A stretch of 64,000 nucleotides of DNA from an uncultured Actinomycetota bacterium (GTDB lineage Bacteria; Actinomycetota; Actinomycetes; Actinomycetales; Angustibacteraceae), in contig CAWFLV010000002.1 of assembly GCA_963816695.1 (NCBI GenBank), positions 31,667 to 95,666 of the forward strand, read 5' to 3'. Under the pieces are notes generated by a model. It made no database searches. It worked only from the letters and a program-made list of their open reading frames with translations, and was not told the origin of the DNA. The first letter of the stretch is position 1. Every line of letters starts with the position of its first letter. Position numbers and translations under genes: made by a program. This document shows positions 1 through 7,985 of the stretch, one piece after another.

Positions 1-233
1 TCCTGCTCGCTGTCGCGTACAGCCTGGGGCTCGGGATCCCGTTCGTCGTCGCCGCCGTGGCCTACGCGGGCGCCTCGCGCGGGCTCGCGCTGCTGCGCCG
101 TCACCAGCGTGCGCTGCAGGTCGGCGGGGGCGTGCTGCTCGTCGTGATCGGCGTGCTCATGGTGAGTGGTGTGTGGGTCGACCTGCTCAGCCGGCTCGGG
201 ACGACGGTCGCGGGCTTCGAGGTGGCCGTGTGA
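1..233 (+). CDS. ccdA: cytochrome c biogenesis protein CcdA, C-terminal part (5-prime end outside window)
   Basis: Open frame from the window edge to TGA 231-233 reads LLAVAYSLGLGIPFVVAAVAY...VLLVVIGVLMVSGVW, a hydrophobic CcdA/DsbD-type C-terminus. The stop overlaps the resB GTG (GTGA), and the gene lies directly upstream of resB-ccsB. Confidence 0.75.
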   Translation, partial: LLAVAYSLGLGIPFVVAAVAYAGASRGLALLRRHQRALQVGGGVLLVVIGVLMVSGVWVDLLSRLGTTVAGFEVAV

Positions 234-1789
234 CCAGCACCCCGGTGCAGCCCCGGCTCGGCGTCCTCGGCACCGCCAGGTTCGTCTGGCGGCAGCTGAC
301 GAGCATGCGCACGGCGCTCTTCCTGCTGCTCCTGCTCGCGGTGGCGGCCGTCCCGGGCTCGGTGCTGCCGCAGCGTGGGGTCGATGCCAGCAAGGTGTCG
401 GCCTACCTGGCCGAGCACCCGTCGTCCGGGCCGTGGCTCGACCGCCTCGGTGGCTTCGACGTGTACTCCTCGGTCTGGTTCTCGGCGATCTACCTGCTGC
501 TGTTCATCTCGCTGGTCGGCTGCGTTCTACCGCGCACCCGGCTGCACTGGCGCTCGCTGCGCGCCCGCCCGCCACGGGCTCCCGGCCGGCTCGACCGACT
601 GCCCGCGCACCGTCGCGCGGTGGTCGACCTCGATCCCGGTCTGGCCCTCGACGAGCTGCGGAACGCCTTGCGGCGCAGCAGATACCGCGTCGACGTCGGT
701 GACGGGTACCTGAGCGCCGAGCGCGGCTACCTGCGCGAGACCGGCAACCTGCTGTTCCACCTCTCGCTCGTCGTGCTGCTCGTCGCAGTGGCGCTCGGCC
801 ACCTGCTCGGCTGGCGCGGCGACGTCGTTGTGCCCGTCGGGTCGACCTTCAGCAACACCGTCTCGACGTACGACACGATCGACCCCGGCCCGTGGGTCGA
901 CACCGAGCGGCTGCCGCCGTTCTCGCTCACCGTCGACAAGGTCTCGGTGCGGTTCGAGACCGGCGCCGAGCAGCGCGGTGCGCCACGCGACTTCCGCGCC
1001 GAGGTCACCACCCGCGACCAGCCGGACGCCGCCACGCGGCCGGGCACGATCAGCGTCAACCACCCGCTGGAGGTCGACGGCGCGAAGGTCTACATGCTCG
1101 GCAACGGCTACGCACCCGTGATCACCGTGCGCGACAGCACCGGGGCCGTGGTGTACTCCGACCCGACGCCGTTCCTCCCGCAGGACGGCATGTACACGTC
1201 CACCGGCGTCATCAAGATGCCCGGCGCGCAGCCGCAGCAGCTCGGGGTCGTGGGGCAGTTCCTGCCGACGTCCTCCGAGGGGCCCGGCATGCGCCGCTCG
1301 GTGTTCCCCGACGACCTGAACCCGGTGCTCGTCCTGACCGCGCTCGAAGGCGACCTGGGACTCGGAAGCGGTGTGCCGCAGTCGGTCTACTCCATCGACA
1401 CCTCGAAGATGAAGAGCCTGCGCACCGCGGACGGCGACATCTTCCGCGCGCTGCTGCGGCCGGGGCAGACGGTGCAGCTGCCGGCCGGCAAGGGCTCGAT
1501 CACGTTCGACCGGGTCGAGCGCTTCGCGGGCCTGTCGATCCGCCACGACCCGGGCAAGCTGTGGGCGCTGGGCGCTGCCCTGGCCGCGATGCTCGGGCTG
1601 GCGCTGTCGCTCTTCGTGCCGCGACGCCGGGTGTTCGTGCGGGTGCGGCCGGACGACGACGAGCCGGGCCGTACCCTGGTGGAGGTCGGCGCCCTCGCCC
1701 GTGGCGAGGACTCCGGCCTGGACGACGAGGTCGACCGCGCTCTGACCGTGCTGTCAGCCGGCGGGCAGCCGACGCCGGTGATCCGATGA
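230..1789 (+). CDS. resB: cytochrome c biogenesis protein ResB
   Basis: The ORF-track frame is 173..1789. The likely start is GTG 230, overlapping the ccdA stop. The N-terminus is FVWRQLTSMRTALFLLLLLAVAAVPGSVLPQR (ResB signature), followed by a large extracytoplasmic domain and a C-terminal TM helix. ccsB follows. Confidence 0.88.
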   Translation: MTSTPVQPRLGVLGTARFVWRQLTSMRTALFLLLLLAVAAVPGSVLPQRGVDASKVSAYLAEHPSSGPWLDRLGGFDVYSSVWFSAIYLLLFISLVGCVLPRTRLHWRSLRARPPRAPGRLDRLPAHRRAVVDLDPGLALDELRNALRRSRYRVDVGDGYLSAERGYLRETGNLLFHLSLVVLLVAVALGHLLGWRGDVVVPVGSTFSNTVSTYDTIDPGPWVDTERLPPFSLTVDKVSVRFETGAEQRGAPRDFRAEVTTRDQPDAATRPGTISVNHPLEVDGAKVYMLGNGYAPVITVRDSTGAVVYSDPTPFLPQDGMYTSTGVIKMPGAQPQQLGVVGQFLPTSSEGPGMRRSVFPDDLNPVLVLTALEGDLGLGSGVPQSVYSIDTSKMKSLRTADGDIFRALLRPGQTVQLPAGKGSITFDRVERFAGLSIRHDPGKLWALGAALAAMLGLALSLFVPRRRVFVRVRPDDDEPGRTLVEVGALARGEDSGLDDEVDRALTVLSAGGQPTPVIR

Positions 1790-1799
1790 GGAGGGGCGC

Positions 1800-2786
1800 G
1801 TGAGCGTCAACGAGACCCTGGCCACCCAGGCGAACATCCTGCTGTACGGCTCCATGGCGAGCTACGCGGCGGCGTTCGTGGCCTACACGACGGACCTCGC
1901 GGGCGGCGCGGCGCGGGCCGAGCGGCGTCGCGAGCAGCCGGCGGTCGCGGCCGAGCGCGAGCTGGTCGGTGCCGGCGCGCCGGTGACGGTCGCCGGCGTG
2001 GAGTCGGCGCCGGTGGCCCCTGAGCGTCGCAAGGCCGCCGCCATCGGCACCTCCTTGACGATCCTGTCGCTGCTCCTGCACGCCGGCTCGGTGGCGATGC
2101 GCGGCGCCGCGGTCCAGCGCCCGCCGTGGAGCAACATGTTCGAGTTCTCCACGGCCGGCGCGGCCGTGGTCACGCTCGTCTACCTGCTCGCGCTGAAGTG
2201 GCGCGACCTGCGCTACCTCGGCGCGTTCGTCGTCGGCCCGGTGCTGCTGACGCTCGGGCTGGCCGTCACGGTGCTGTACACCCGGGCCGCCCAGGTGGTG
2301 CCGTCGCTCAAGAGCTACTGGCTCGCGATCCACGTGAGCGTCGCCTTCATCGCCTCGGCGCTGCTGACGCTGGCCTTCTCGCTGACCGTCCTTTACCTCG
2401 CCCAGGACCGCCGCGAGCGCCGACGCGCCGAGCAGCTGCCCGTGGGCCGGTCGTTCATGGACTCCCTGCCCACGGCTCGCGAGCTCGACCTCGCGTCGTA
2501 CCGCCTGCACGCGCTGTCGTTCCCGCTGTGGACCTTCACGCTCGTGGCGGGCTCGATCTGGGCCGAGAGCGCGTGGGGCCGCTACTGGGGCTGGGACCCC
2601 AAGGAGGTGTGGACCTTCGTCATCTGGGTGGTCTACGCCGGCTACCTGCACGCTCGGGCCACGCGCGGCTGGCAGGGCCGCAAGGCGGCGTCCATCGCGA
2701 TCGTCGGGTTCGCCTGCCTGCTGTTCAACTTCCTCGTCGTCAACATCTTCTTCGTCGGCTGGCACAGCTATGCCGGCGTCGGCTGA
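1800..2786 (+). CDS. ccsB: c-type cytochrome biogenesis protein CcsB (ResC), heme-handling W-rich motif
   Basis: 328-aa polytopic membrane protein with the WGRYWGWDPKEVW tryptophan-rich heme-binding motif. GTG start lies 11 nt after the resB stop. Confidence 0.92.
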   Translation: MSVNETLATQANILLYGSMASYAAAFVAYTTDLAGGAARAERRREQPAVAAERELVGAGAPVTVAGVESAPVAPERRKAAAIGTSLTILSLLLHAGSVAMRGAAVQRPPWSNMFEFSTAGAAVVTLVYLLALKWRDLRYLGAFVVGPVLLTLGLAVTVLYTRAAQVVPSLKSYWLAIHVSVAFIASALLTLAFSLTVLYLAQDRRERRRAEQLPVGRSFMDSLPTARELDLASYRLHALSFPLWTFTLVAGSIWAESAWGRYWGWDPKEVWTFVIWVVYAGYLHARATRGWQGRKAASIAIVGFACLLFNFLVVNIFFVGWHSYAGVG

Positions 2787-3144
2787 GCCTCCGACCGACC
2801 CGGCGAGACTGCTCACGGCCGAGCACGAGCGGCTGGTCGAGCAGGTCAGCGCCCTGCAGCGGGAGTTCGACCGCGTCGTCGAGGCCTCGGCGTCGTCCAA
2901 CGCCGACGACGAGCACGACCCGGAGGGCTCGACCATCGCGTTCGAGCGGGCGCAGGTGCTCGCGCTGCTCGAGCGGTCGCACGAGCGGCTGTCGGACATC
3001 GAGCGGGCACTGGAGCACGTCGCCCGCGGCGACTACGGCGTCTGCGGACGCTGCGGGCGGCCGATCGACGTCGAGCGGCTGCTGGCCCGTCCGGCCGCGA
3101 ACCTGTGCATCGACTGCGCGCGTGCCACCCGTGCACTTCGGTGA
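2770..3144 (+). CDS. TraR/DksA-family C4 zinc-finger protein
   Basis: 124 aa with a coiled-coil N-terminus and a C-terminal CGRCGRPIDVERLLARPAANLCIDC (CxxC-x17-CxxC). It overlaps the ccsB 3-prime end by 17 nt. Confidence 0.8.
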   Translation: MPASAEPPTDPARLLTAEHERLVEQVSALQREFDRVVEASASSNADDEHDPEGSTIAFERAQVLALLERSHERLSDIERALEHVARGDYGVCGRCGRPIDVERLLARPAANLCIDCARATRALR

Positions 3145-3208
3145 CAAGGTGCACGCCTGGGCGGGGTTAGGCGTGCACCTCGGTGACAAAGTGCACGCCT
3201 GGGCGGGG
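3131..3208 (+). repeat. repeat family A, locus 1: two tandem 42-bp-period units GTGCACyTCGGTGACAArGTGCACGCCTGGGCGGGG
   Basis: The units at 3131-3166 and 3173-3208 are near-identical. Each holds an 8-bp-stem hairpin (GTGCACTT / AAGTGCAC). The same two-unit structure occurs inverted at 35853-35931. Confidence 0.9.
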
Positions 3209-3221
3209 CACACTGGGGCGC

Positions 3222-3734
3222 GTGGACGTCATCGTGCGACCGGCGCGGCCGGAGGAGTACGCAGCCGTCGGTGAGCTCACCGCCCGCGCGTACCTGGACG
3301 ACGGGCTGGTGCCCGACGGCTCGGACTACGACGAGACGCTGCGGCGGGCCGACGACCGCGCTGCGCACGGCGAGCTGCTCGTGGCCCTGGACGAGGACGG
3401 CGACCTGCTGGGCACGGTCTCCTACGTCCGGTCCGGCTCGGCCTACGCGGAGGTCAGCCGCGACGGCGAGGCGGAGTTCCGCATGCTCGCCGTCGCGCGA
3501 CGAGCCCGCGGTCGCGGCGTCGGACGCCGCCTCGCCGAGGCGTGCATCGAGCGGGCCCGCGCCGACGGCGTGCACAGCGTCGTGATCTCGACGGCAACGA
3601 ACATGGCGCCGGCGCACGCGCTCTACGACTCGCTGGGCTTCTCGCGCCTGCCCGAGCGCGACTGGCGGCCGATCCCGAGCGTGCTCCTGCTCGCGTACCG
3701 GCTCGAGCTCACGCCCTCGCCGGCAGCGCCCTGA
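3222..3734 (+). CDS. GNAT family N-acetyltransferase
   Basis: Frame 3183..3734, with a likely GTG start at 3222 (VDVIVRPARPEEY). It carries the acetyl-CoA motif RMLAVARRARGRGVGRRL (Q/RxxGxG/A). The start lies just after repeat A. Confidence 0.85.
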   Translation: MDVIVRPARPEEYAAVGELTARAYLDDGLVPDGSDYDETLRRADDRAAHGELLVALDEDGDLLGTVSYVRSGSAYAEVSRDGEAEFRMLAVARRARGRGVGRRLAEACIERARADGVHSVVISTATNMAPAHALYDSLGFSRLPERDWRPIPSVLLLAYRLELTPSPAAP

Positions 3735-5592
3735 CCGTCGCGATGAAGTCGGTGGCCGTCGCGGGTCGGCCCAGGTGCCAGCCCTGGCCGTACTGGACGC
3801 CGAGCTGGGCGAGCGTGCTGAGCTGGTGCGGCGTCTCGATGCCCTCGGCCACGCACTCCATGCCGAAGGACGTCGCGAGCTGGACGACGATGCGCGCGAT
3901 CGTGTCGTCGCGGTCGAGGTTCGCCACGAACTCCCGGTCGATCTTGAGGACCTGCAGCGGCAGGCGCGCCAGGTAGGCCAAGGACGAGAAGCCGGTGCCG
4001 AAGTCGTCGACCGCGACGGTGATCCCCTTGACGCGCAGCAGCTGCAGCGCCTCGCGAGTGCGTTCGACGTCGTCGACGACGTCGCGTTCGGTGATCTCGA
4101 GGGTGAGGGCGCCCGGCTCGAGGCCGGCGGACTCGACCAGGCTCGAGAGGTCGTCGGGAAGGCTCGGAGCCAGCAGGTCGCGGGCGCCGATGTTCACCGC
4201 GACGCTCCGGACGTCGCAAAGGCCCGCCCGACGCCAGGCGGCGAGGGCGCGCACCGACTGCCGTGCGATCACCATGGCGAGCTCACGACCCAGGCCGAGC
4301 TCCTCGGCGAGCGGCACGAACCGCAGCGGTGAGACGTCGCGCCCGTTGATCTGCCACCGGGCGAGGGCCTCGGCGGCCACCACCTCGCCGGTCGTCAGGT
4401 CGACCACCGGCTGGAAGACGGCGGTGATGGCATCCGGGTGCAGCCGGTCGTCGGCGGCGTTGCCGTGCTGGATGGCCTCGCGCAGCTGCTGCTCGATCGC
4501 GAGGTCGGCGGCGACGTCCTCGCTCATCGTGGAATCGAAGAGCACGGCGGTGCCGCGGCCGGCTCGCTTGGCGGCGTACATGGCGGCGTCGGCCGAGCGC
4601 AGCAGGTCGCCGCGCGTCTCGATACCGCTGCCGCTGACGGCGACGCCGACGGACAGCCCGATGCGGTAGGGGGCACCGTTGAGGTCGACGGGGTGGTCGA
4701 AGAGCTGCACCAAGCGCTCGCCCATGGCCTGGGCCCGCTCGGCCGAGGTGGGGGCGCAGACGATGGCGAACTCGTCACCTCCGAGCCGGGCGGCGAGCTG
4801 GTGCGTGGACAGCAGGCTCGCGAGCCGGGCGGCGACCTCGCGCAGCAGGCGGTCGCCGGCCAGGTGGCCGAGCGTCTCGTTGACGTTCTTGAACCGGTCG
4901 AGGTCGAGGAGCAGCACGGCGACCTGGTCGTCGAGTGAGCCGCTGCGGGCGTGCAGCGCCGTGTCGATGAACAGGTCGAGCGAGGCGCGGTTGGGCATGC
5001 CTGTGAGGTGGTCGTGCGTGGTCGCGTGGTGCAGCTCGCGCTCGGCGTGCTCAGCGGCCAGCTGGCGCCGCCGAGCGTCGTCGCGGGCGGTGCGGTAGGC
5101 GGCGCCGGAGTAGGCGACGATCAGGCCGATGCCGGCGAGCAGCAGGGCGCGCAGGGCCCAGCCGGACAGCGTGACGTGCGGGATCGCCGTCCCCGTGAAG
5201 TACTGCGCGAACAGCCCACCGGAGATCGCGGCCGTGACGAGCCACGCGACGCGTCGGGGCAGCAGCAGCGGGTAGACGGCGATGATGGCGTACCACCACT
5301 GGAGCACGTGCGAGACGAGCCGGCCGTCGATCAGCGGCAGCGTGAAGGCGATGCCGCTGAGGCCGAGCGCGCGCACGACGAGCGCGCTGGTGCCCTGCCA
5401 GCCGGCGAAACCGGCTGCTCCGAGCAGCCCGGTGAGCACGACCAGCGCGAGTGCGGGGGTGCCGCCGCCGACGAAGACGACGGCGACCAGGCCGACGGCA
5501 GCCAGCATGAGCGGCAGGACCGGCTCGAAGCGGACGGCGGGCCCGGACGCCTCACGGGCGTCCGGGCCGGCGTCGACGGCTGCGTGGCTCAC
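3709..5592 (-). CDS. membrane-anchored GGDEF/EAL protein (putative diguanylate cyclase/phosphodiesterase)
   Basis: The ORF-track frame is open to 6087, but the first plausible start is GTG 5592. The N-terminus has several TM helices. The GGDEF domain includes RLGGDEFAIV. The EAL domain includes AAEALARW, LEITER, VAVDDFGTGFSSL and LKIDREF. Confidence 0.88.
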   Translation of the reverse strand: MSHAAVDAGPDAREASGPAVRFEPVLPLMLAAVGLVAVVFVGGGTPALALVVLTGLLGAAGFAGWQGTSALVVRALGLSGIAFTLPLIDGRLVSHVLQWWYAIIAVYPLLLPRRVAWLVTAAISGGLFAQYFTGTAIPHVTLSGWALRALLLAGIGLIVAYSGAAYRTARDDARRRQLAAEHAERELHHATTHDHLTGMPNRASLDLFIDTALHARSGSLDDQVAVLLLDLDRFKNVNETLGHLAGDRLLREVAARLASLLSTHQLAARLGGDEFAIVCAPTSAERAQAMGERLVQLFDHPVDLNGAPYRIGLSVGVAVSGSGIETRGDLLRSADAAMYAAKRAGRGTAVLFDSTMSEDVAADLAIEQQLREAIQHGNAADDRLHPDAITAVFQPVVDLTTGEVVAAEALARWQINGRDVSPLRFVPLAEELGLGRELAMVIARQSVRALAAWRRAGLCDVRSVAVNIGARDLLAPSLPDDLSSLVESAGLEPGALTLEITERDVVDDVERTREALQLLRVKGITVAVDDFGTGFSSLAYLARLPLQVLKIDREFVANLDRDDTIARIVVQLATSFGMECVAEGIETPHQLSTLAQLGVQYGQGWHLGRPATATDFIATVRALPARA

Positions 5593-5674
5593 CTGGTGGT
5601 CTTCGGCGTCTGCGGCGCGGTTCTTGACACCGAGCCGTGGCGGGGTGCCGTACTGGCCGCGCCGCGGCCGAAGG

Positions 5675-5818
5675 TCAGCGCGACAGGCGTCGCAGCAGGC
5701 CGCCGAGGCTGGCGCGGTGCGGCCGGTGGGTGCGGTGGGCGCGGGTGGTGCGGGTGGTGGGGTGCGCGAGCCGGGTGATCTCGTCGATGTAGGCGCGCGC
5801 GTACTCCGGGGTGACCAT
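5675..5818 (-). CDS. small hypothetical protein, 47 aa (MVTPEYARAYIDEITRLAHPTTRTTRAHRTHRPHRASLGGLLRRLSR)
   Basis: Not in the supplied ORF track because it is too short. ATG 5818 is preceded by AGAAGGAACC (strong SD at good spacing). Nearly every third codon position is G/C. It lies 83 nt upstream of, and co-oriented with, the GGDEF-EAL gene. Confidence 0.5.
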   Translation of the reverse strand: MVTPEYARAYIDEITRLAHPTTRTTRAHRTHRPHRASLGGLLRRLSR

Positions 5819-5852
5819 GGTTCCTTCTCTGTCGTGTTCCTGCGATCTGATG

Positions 5853-5870
5853 GTGTCGGAGATCCGACAC
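5853..5870. promoter_or_regulatory. perfect palindrome GTGTCGGA-GA-TCCGACAC in divergent promoter region (candidate operator)
   Basis: 8-bp arms with a 2-nt spacer. It sits in the relatively AT-rich 130-bp gap between the 47-aa ORF (minus strand) and lrp (plus strand). Confidence 0.45.
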
Positions 5871-5947
5871 GAAAGATCATAGCACTAATCCAGCGTAGAT
5901 GCTTTCGATTCTTTGGCAGGGCACGCTCAGCGCCTATGATGTGGCTC

Positions 5948-6439
5948 ATGGATGCGATCGACCGGCGGCTCGTCGCGGCGCTGCACGACAACGCCCGAGC
6001 GAGCTGGGCCGAGCTGGGCCGGCTCGTGGGCATGTCGGGCCCGAGCGTGCAGGAGCGCGTGCGGCGCCTGGAGGAGCGCGGGATCATCTCCGGCTACCGC
6101 GCTCAGGTGTCGGCCGAGGCGGTCGGGCTGGGCGTGAGCGCCCTCGTCGACCTCTACCAGCGCGACGAGGTCTCCACCGAGGACGTCGCGGCCCAGCTGC
6201 GCGACATCCCCGAGGTCGAGGACTGCTGGTACGTCGCCGGCGACGAGGAGTTCGTCGTCAAGGTGCGCGCCGAGGACGTCGCGGGGCTGGAGGCGGTCAT
6301 CTCCAAGCTGCGGGCGGTGCGCGGCGTCTCGCGGACCCGCACGACGGTCGTGCTGTCGACGTACTGGGAGGGCCGCGGCCTGCCGCTGCCCGCGGCCGAC
6401 CCGGGAGCAGCCGACCCGGGCGACAGCGCCCGACCGTAG
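5948..6439 (+). CDS. Lrp/AsnC family transcriptional regulator
   Basis: MDAIDRRLVAALHDNARASWAELGRLVGMSGPSVQERVRRLEERGII is the HTH_AsnC region. The C-terminal part is RAM/AsnC_trans_reg-like. In-frame ATGs also occur at 5936 and 5939. Confidence 0.88.
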   Translation: MDAIDRRLVAALHDNARASWAELGRLVGMSGPSVQERVRRLEERGIISGYRAQVSAEAVGLGVSALVDLYQRDEVSTEDVAAQLRDIPEVEDCWYVAGDEEFVVKVRAEDVAGLEAVISKLRAVRGVSRTRTTVVLSTYWEGRGLPLPAADPGAADPGDSARP

Positions 6440-6449
6440 GCTGGACGTC

Positions 6450-6884
6450 GTGACCGTCCTTCGCTACTCGTTGCTCCGCCTGATGCTGCTGCTCGGCGTC
6501 CTCGTCGCCCTCTGGCTGCTCGGCGGCCTGTGGGCGCCGCTGCGCGACCCGCTGTGGCTGGTGCTGGCGACCGCGCTGCTGTCGGTCGTGCTCTCCTACT
6601 TCATCCTGGCCGCGCCGCGCCAGGCCATGACCCAGCAGCTCGCCGACCGGCTGGCGGCCCGCCCGGGCGCGGTGCCGGTCGATGTCGACGCCGAGGCCGA
6701 GGACGCCGAGGTCGAGGGCGGTAGCGCGGATGCACCCGCGGGGTCAGCCCAGCGCGAGCCCGAGACCGAGCAGCACCCCGAAGGCCAGCTCGGCGCGTCC
6801 GGTGTCGCGCAGCACGGGGATGAGCCCGAGGCCGGTGGTGCCGGCACCGACGACCCGCAGCGCCGGCCACAGCAGCAGGGCTGA
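6450..6884 (+). CDS. DUF4229-like small membrane protein
   Basis: Two N-terminal TM helices (LLRLMLLLGVLVALWLL, LWLVLATALLSVVLSYFIL) followed by an acidic tail. This is a typical neighbour of menA in actinobacteria. The first in-frame stop is at 6884, so the tail overlaps menA. Confidence 0.6.
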   Translation: MTVLRYSLLRLMLLLGVLVALWLLGGLWAPLRDPLWLVLATALLSVVLSYFILAAPRQAMTQQLADRLAARPGAVPVDVDAEAEDAEVEGGSADAPAGSAQREPETEQHPEGQLGASGVAQHGDEPEAGGAGTDDPQRRPQQQG

Positions 6885-7616
6885 CAGCAGCGCGGCGAGG
6901 GCCAGCGGCCGCTCGAGGCCGACGGCGACCGCCAGCATCAGCGGTACGGCGACCAGCGCCCGGTAGAGCACGCGGGTGCGGCGGTCGCCCAGCCGGACGG
7001 CCAGCGTGCGCTTGCCGGCGATGGCGTCGGTCGGGATGTCCCGCAGGTTGTTCGCCACCAGGATCGCGCACGCGAGACTGCCGATGGCGACCGCCGCGGC
7101 CCACGCCACCCACGACAGGCGTCCGGCCTGCGTGTACGTCGTGCCCAGCACGGCCACGAGGCCGAAGAACACGAAGACGAAGAGCTCGCCGAGACCGAGG
7201 TACCCGTAGGGCCGCGAGCCACCGGTGTAGAACCACGCGGCCACGATGGCCAGCGCACCGACGGCCAGCAGCCACCAGGCCCCGGACAGCACGACGAGCG
7301 CGAGGCCGGCGACCGCGGCCACGCCGAAGGCGGCGAACGCGGCGGCCTTGACGGCACTCGGGCGCGCGGCGCCAGAGCCGGTGAGCCGGAACGGGCCAAC
7401 CCGGTCGTCGTCAGTGCCGCGCACCCCGTCGGAGTAGTCGTTGGCGTAGTTGACCGCCACCTGCAGCGCGAGCGACACCACGAGCGCGAGCAGCGCCCGG
7501 CCCACGTGCGCGCCGTCGAGGGCGGCTGCCGCGCCGGTGCCCGCGGCGACCGGCGCCACGGCCGCGGGCAGCGTGCGGGGACGGGCACCTTCGATCCACT
7601 GCGCTGGGGTCGCCAT
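6744..7616 (-). CDS. menA: 1,4-dihydroxy-2-naphthoate polyprenyltransferase
   Basis: 290-aa UbiA-superfamily membrane protein with NYANDYSDGVRG (NxxxDxxxD) and a second Asp-rich region NNLRDIPTD. Confidence 0.92.
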   Translation of the reverse strand: MATPAQWIEGARPRTLPAAVAPVAAGTGAAAALDGAHVGRALLALVVSLALQVAVNYANDYSDGVRGTDDDRVGPFRLTGSGAARPSAVKAAAFAAFGVAAVAGLALVVLSGAWWLLAVGALAIVAAWFYTGGSRPYGYLGLGELFVFVFFGLVAVLGTTYTQAGRLSWVAWAAAVAIGSLACAILVANNLRDIPTDAIAGKRTLAVRLGDRRTRVLYRALVAVPLMLAVAVGLERPLALAALLSALLLWPALRVVGAGTTGLGLIPVLRDTGRAELAFGVLLGLGLALG

Positions 7617-7663
7617 GCGCCGATTCTGTCGTGGCGCCCGCGCCCGTCAGCGCCGACCCCCGT

Positions 7664-7975
7664 TCAGCCGTGAACGGTCTCCCACTGGTCGATGACGTCG
7701 AGGTTGCGGAAAGTCGGCGGCCCGTCACAGGCGGCCGCCATGCGCGCGGCGAAGTCGGAGGTGTCCGCGCGCTCGGAGTTGGCCATCGCCGCGTCGTAGG
7801 ACTCGAACTCGACGATCGTCAGGTAGTGCCCCGGGCGGTCGCGGTCTGCGACGAGCACGAGGCGTCCGGGGCCTTGCGCGTCGTCCCCGCGAGCCGCGCG
7901 CCACTCCTCGCCCATGGCCTTCACCTCGTCCGGCCTGGACGTCGTGTACTCGATGATCTGGACGAATCCCGCCAT
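7664..7975 (-). CDS. small ABM/Dabb-fold-like protein, uncharacterized
   Basis: 103 aa. A strong SD (TAGGAGGTCG) precedes ATG 7975. FVQIIEYTT...YLTIVEFESYDAAMANSERADT resembles the ferredoxin-like ABM fold. Confidence 0.6.
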   Translation of the reverse strand: MAGFVQIIEYTTSRPDEVKAMGEEWRAARGDDAQGPGRLVLVADRDRPGHYLTIVEFESYDAAMANSERADTSDFAARMAAACDGPPTFRNLDVIDQWETVHG

Positions 7976-7985
7976 GGTCGACCTC

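Noticed and set aside
1500-2999. 499-aa minus-strand ORF across resB/ccsB, plus similar shadow frames. These include 14125..15885 (minus), 16541..18718 (plus), 12480..14324 (plus), 50748..52169 (minus), 52136..53869 (minus) and 56191..58659 (plus).
   Set aside because: All overlap genes with clear family signatures in another frame or strand. All show Arg/Pro/Ala-rich composition without motifs.
3131-3208. Possible CRISPR array from the 42-bp-period repeats (also 35853-35931)
   Set aside because: Each locus has only two units, and the 6-nt inter-unit segment is not a spacer. No cas genes are present. The units are hairpin or REP-like elements.
5589-5870. 93-aa minus-strand ORF listed in the track between the GGDEF-EAL gene and lrp
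   Set aside because: Its composition is His/Pro/Arg-rich and it has no SD. It overlaps, in another frame, the better-supported 47-codon ORF.
3709-6087. Full 792-aa version of the GGDEF-EAL ORF
   Set aside because: The upstream 165 codons are Pro/Arg/Thr-rich and lack features. They would swallow the separate SD-preceded 47-codon ORF, which is in a different frame, and the AT-rich promoter region. The first plausible start before the TM helices is GTG 5592.
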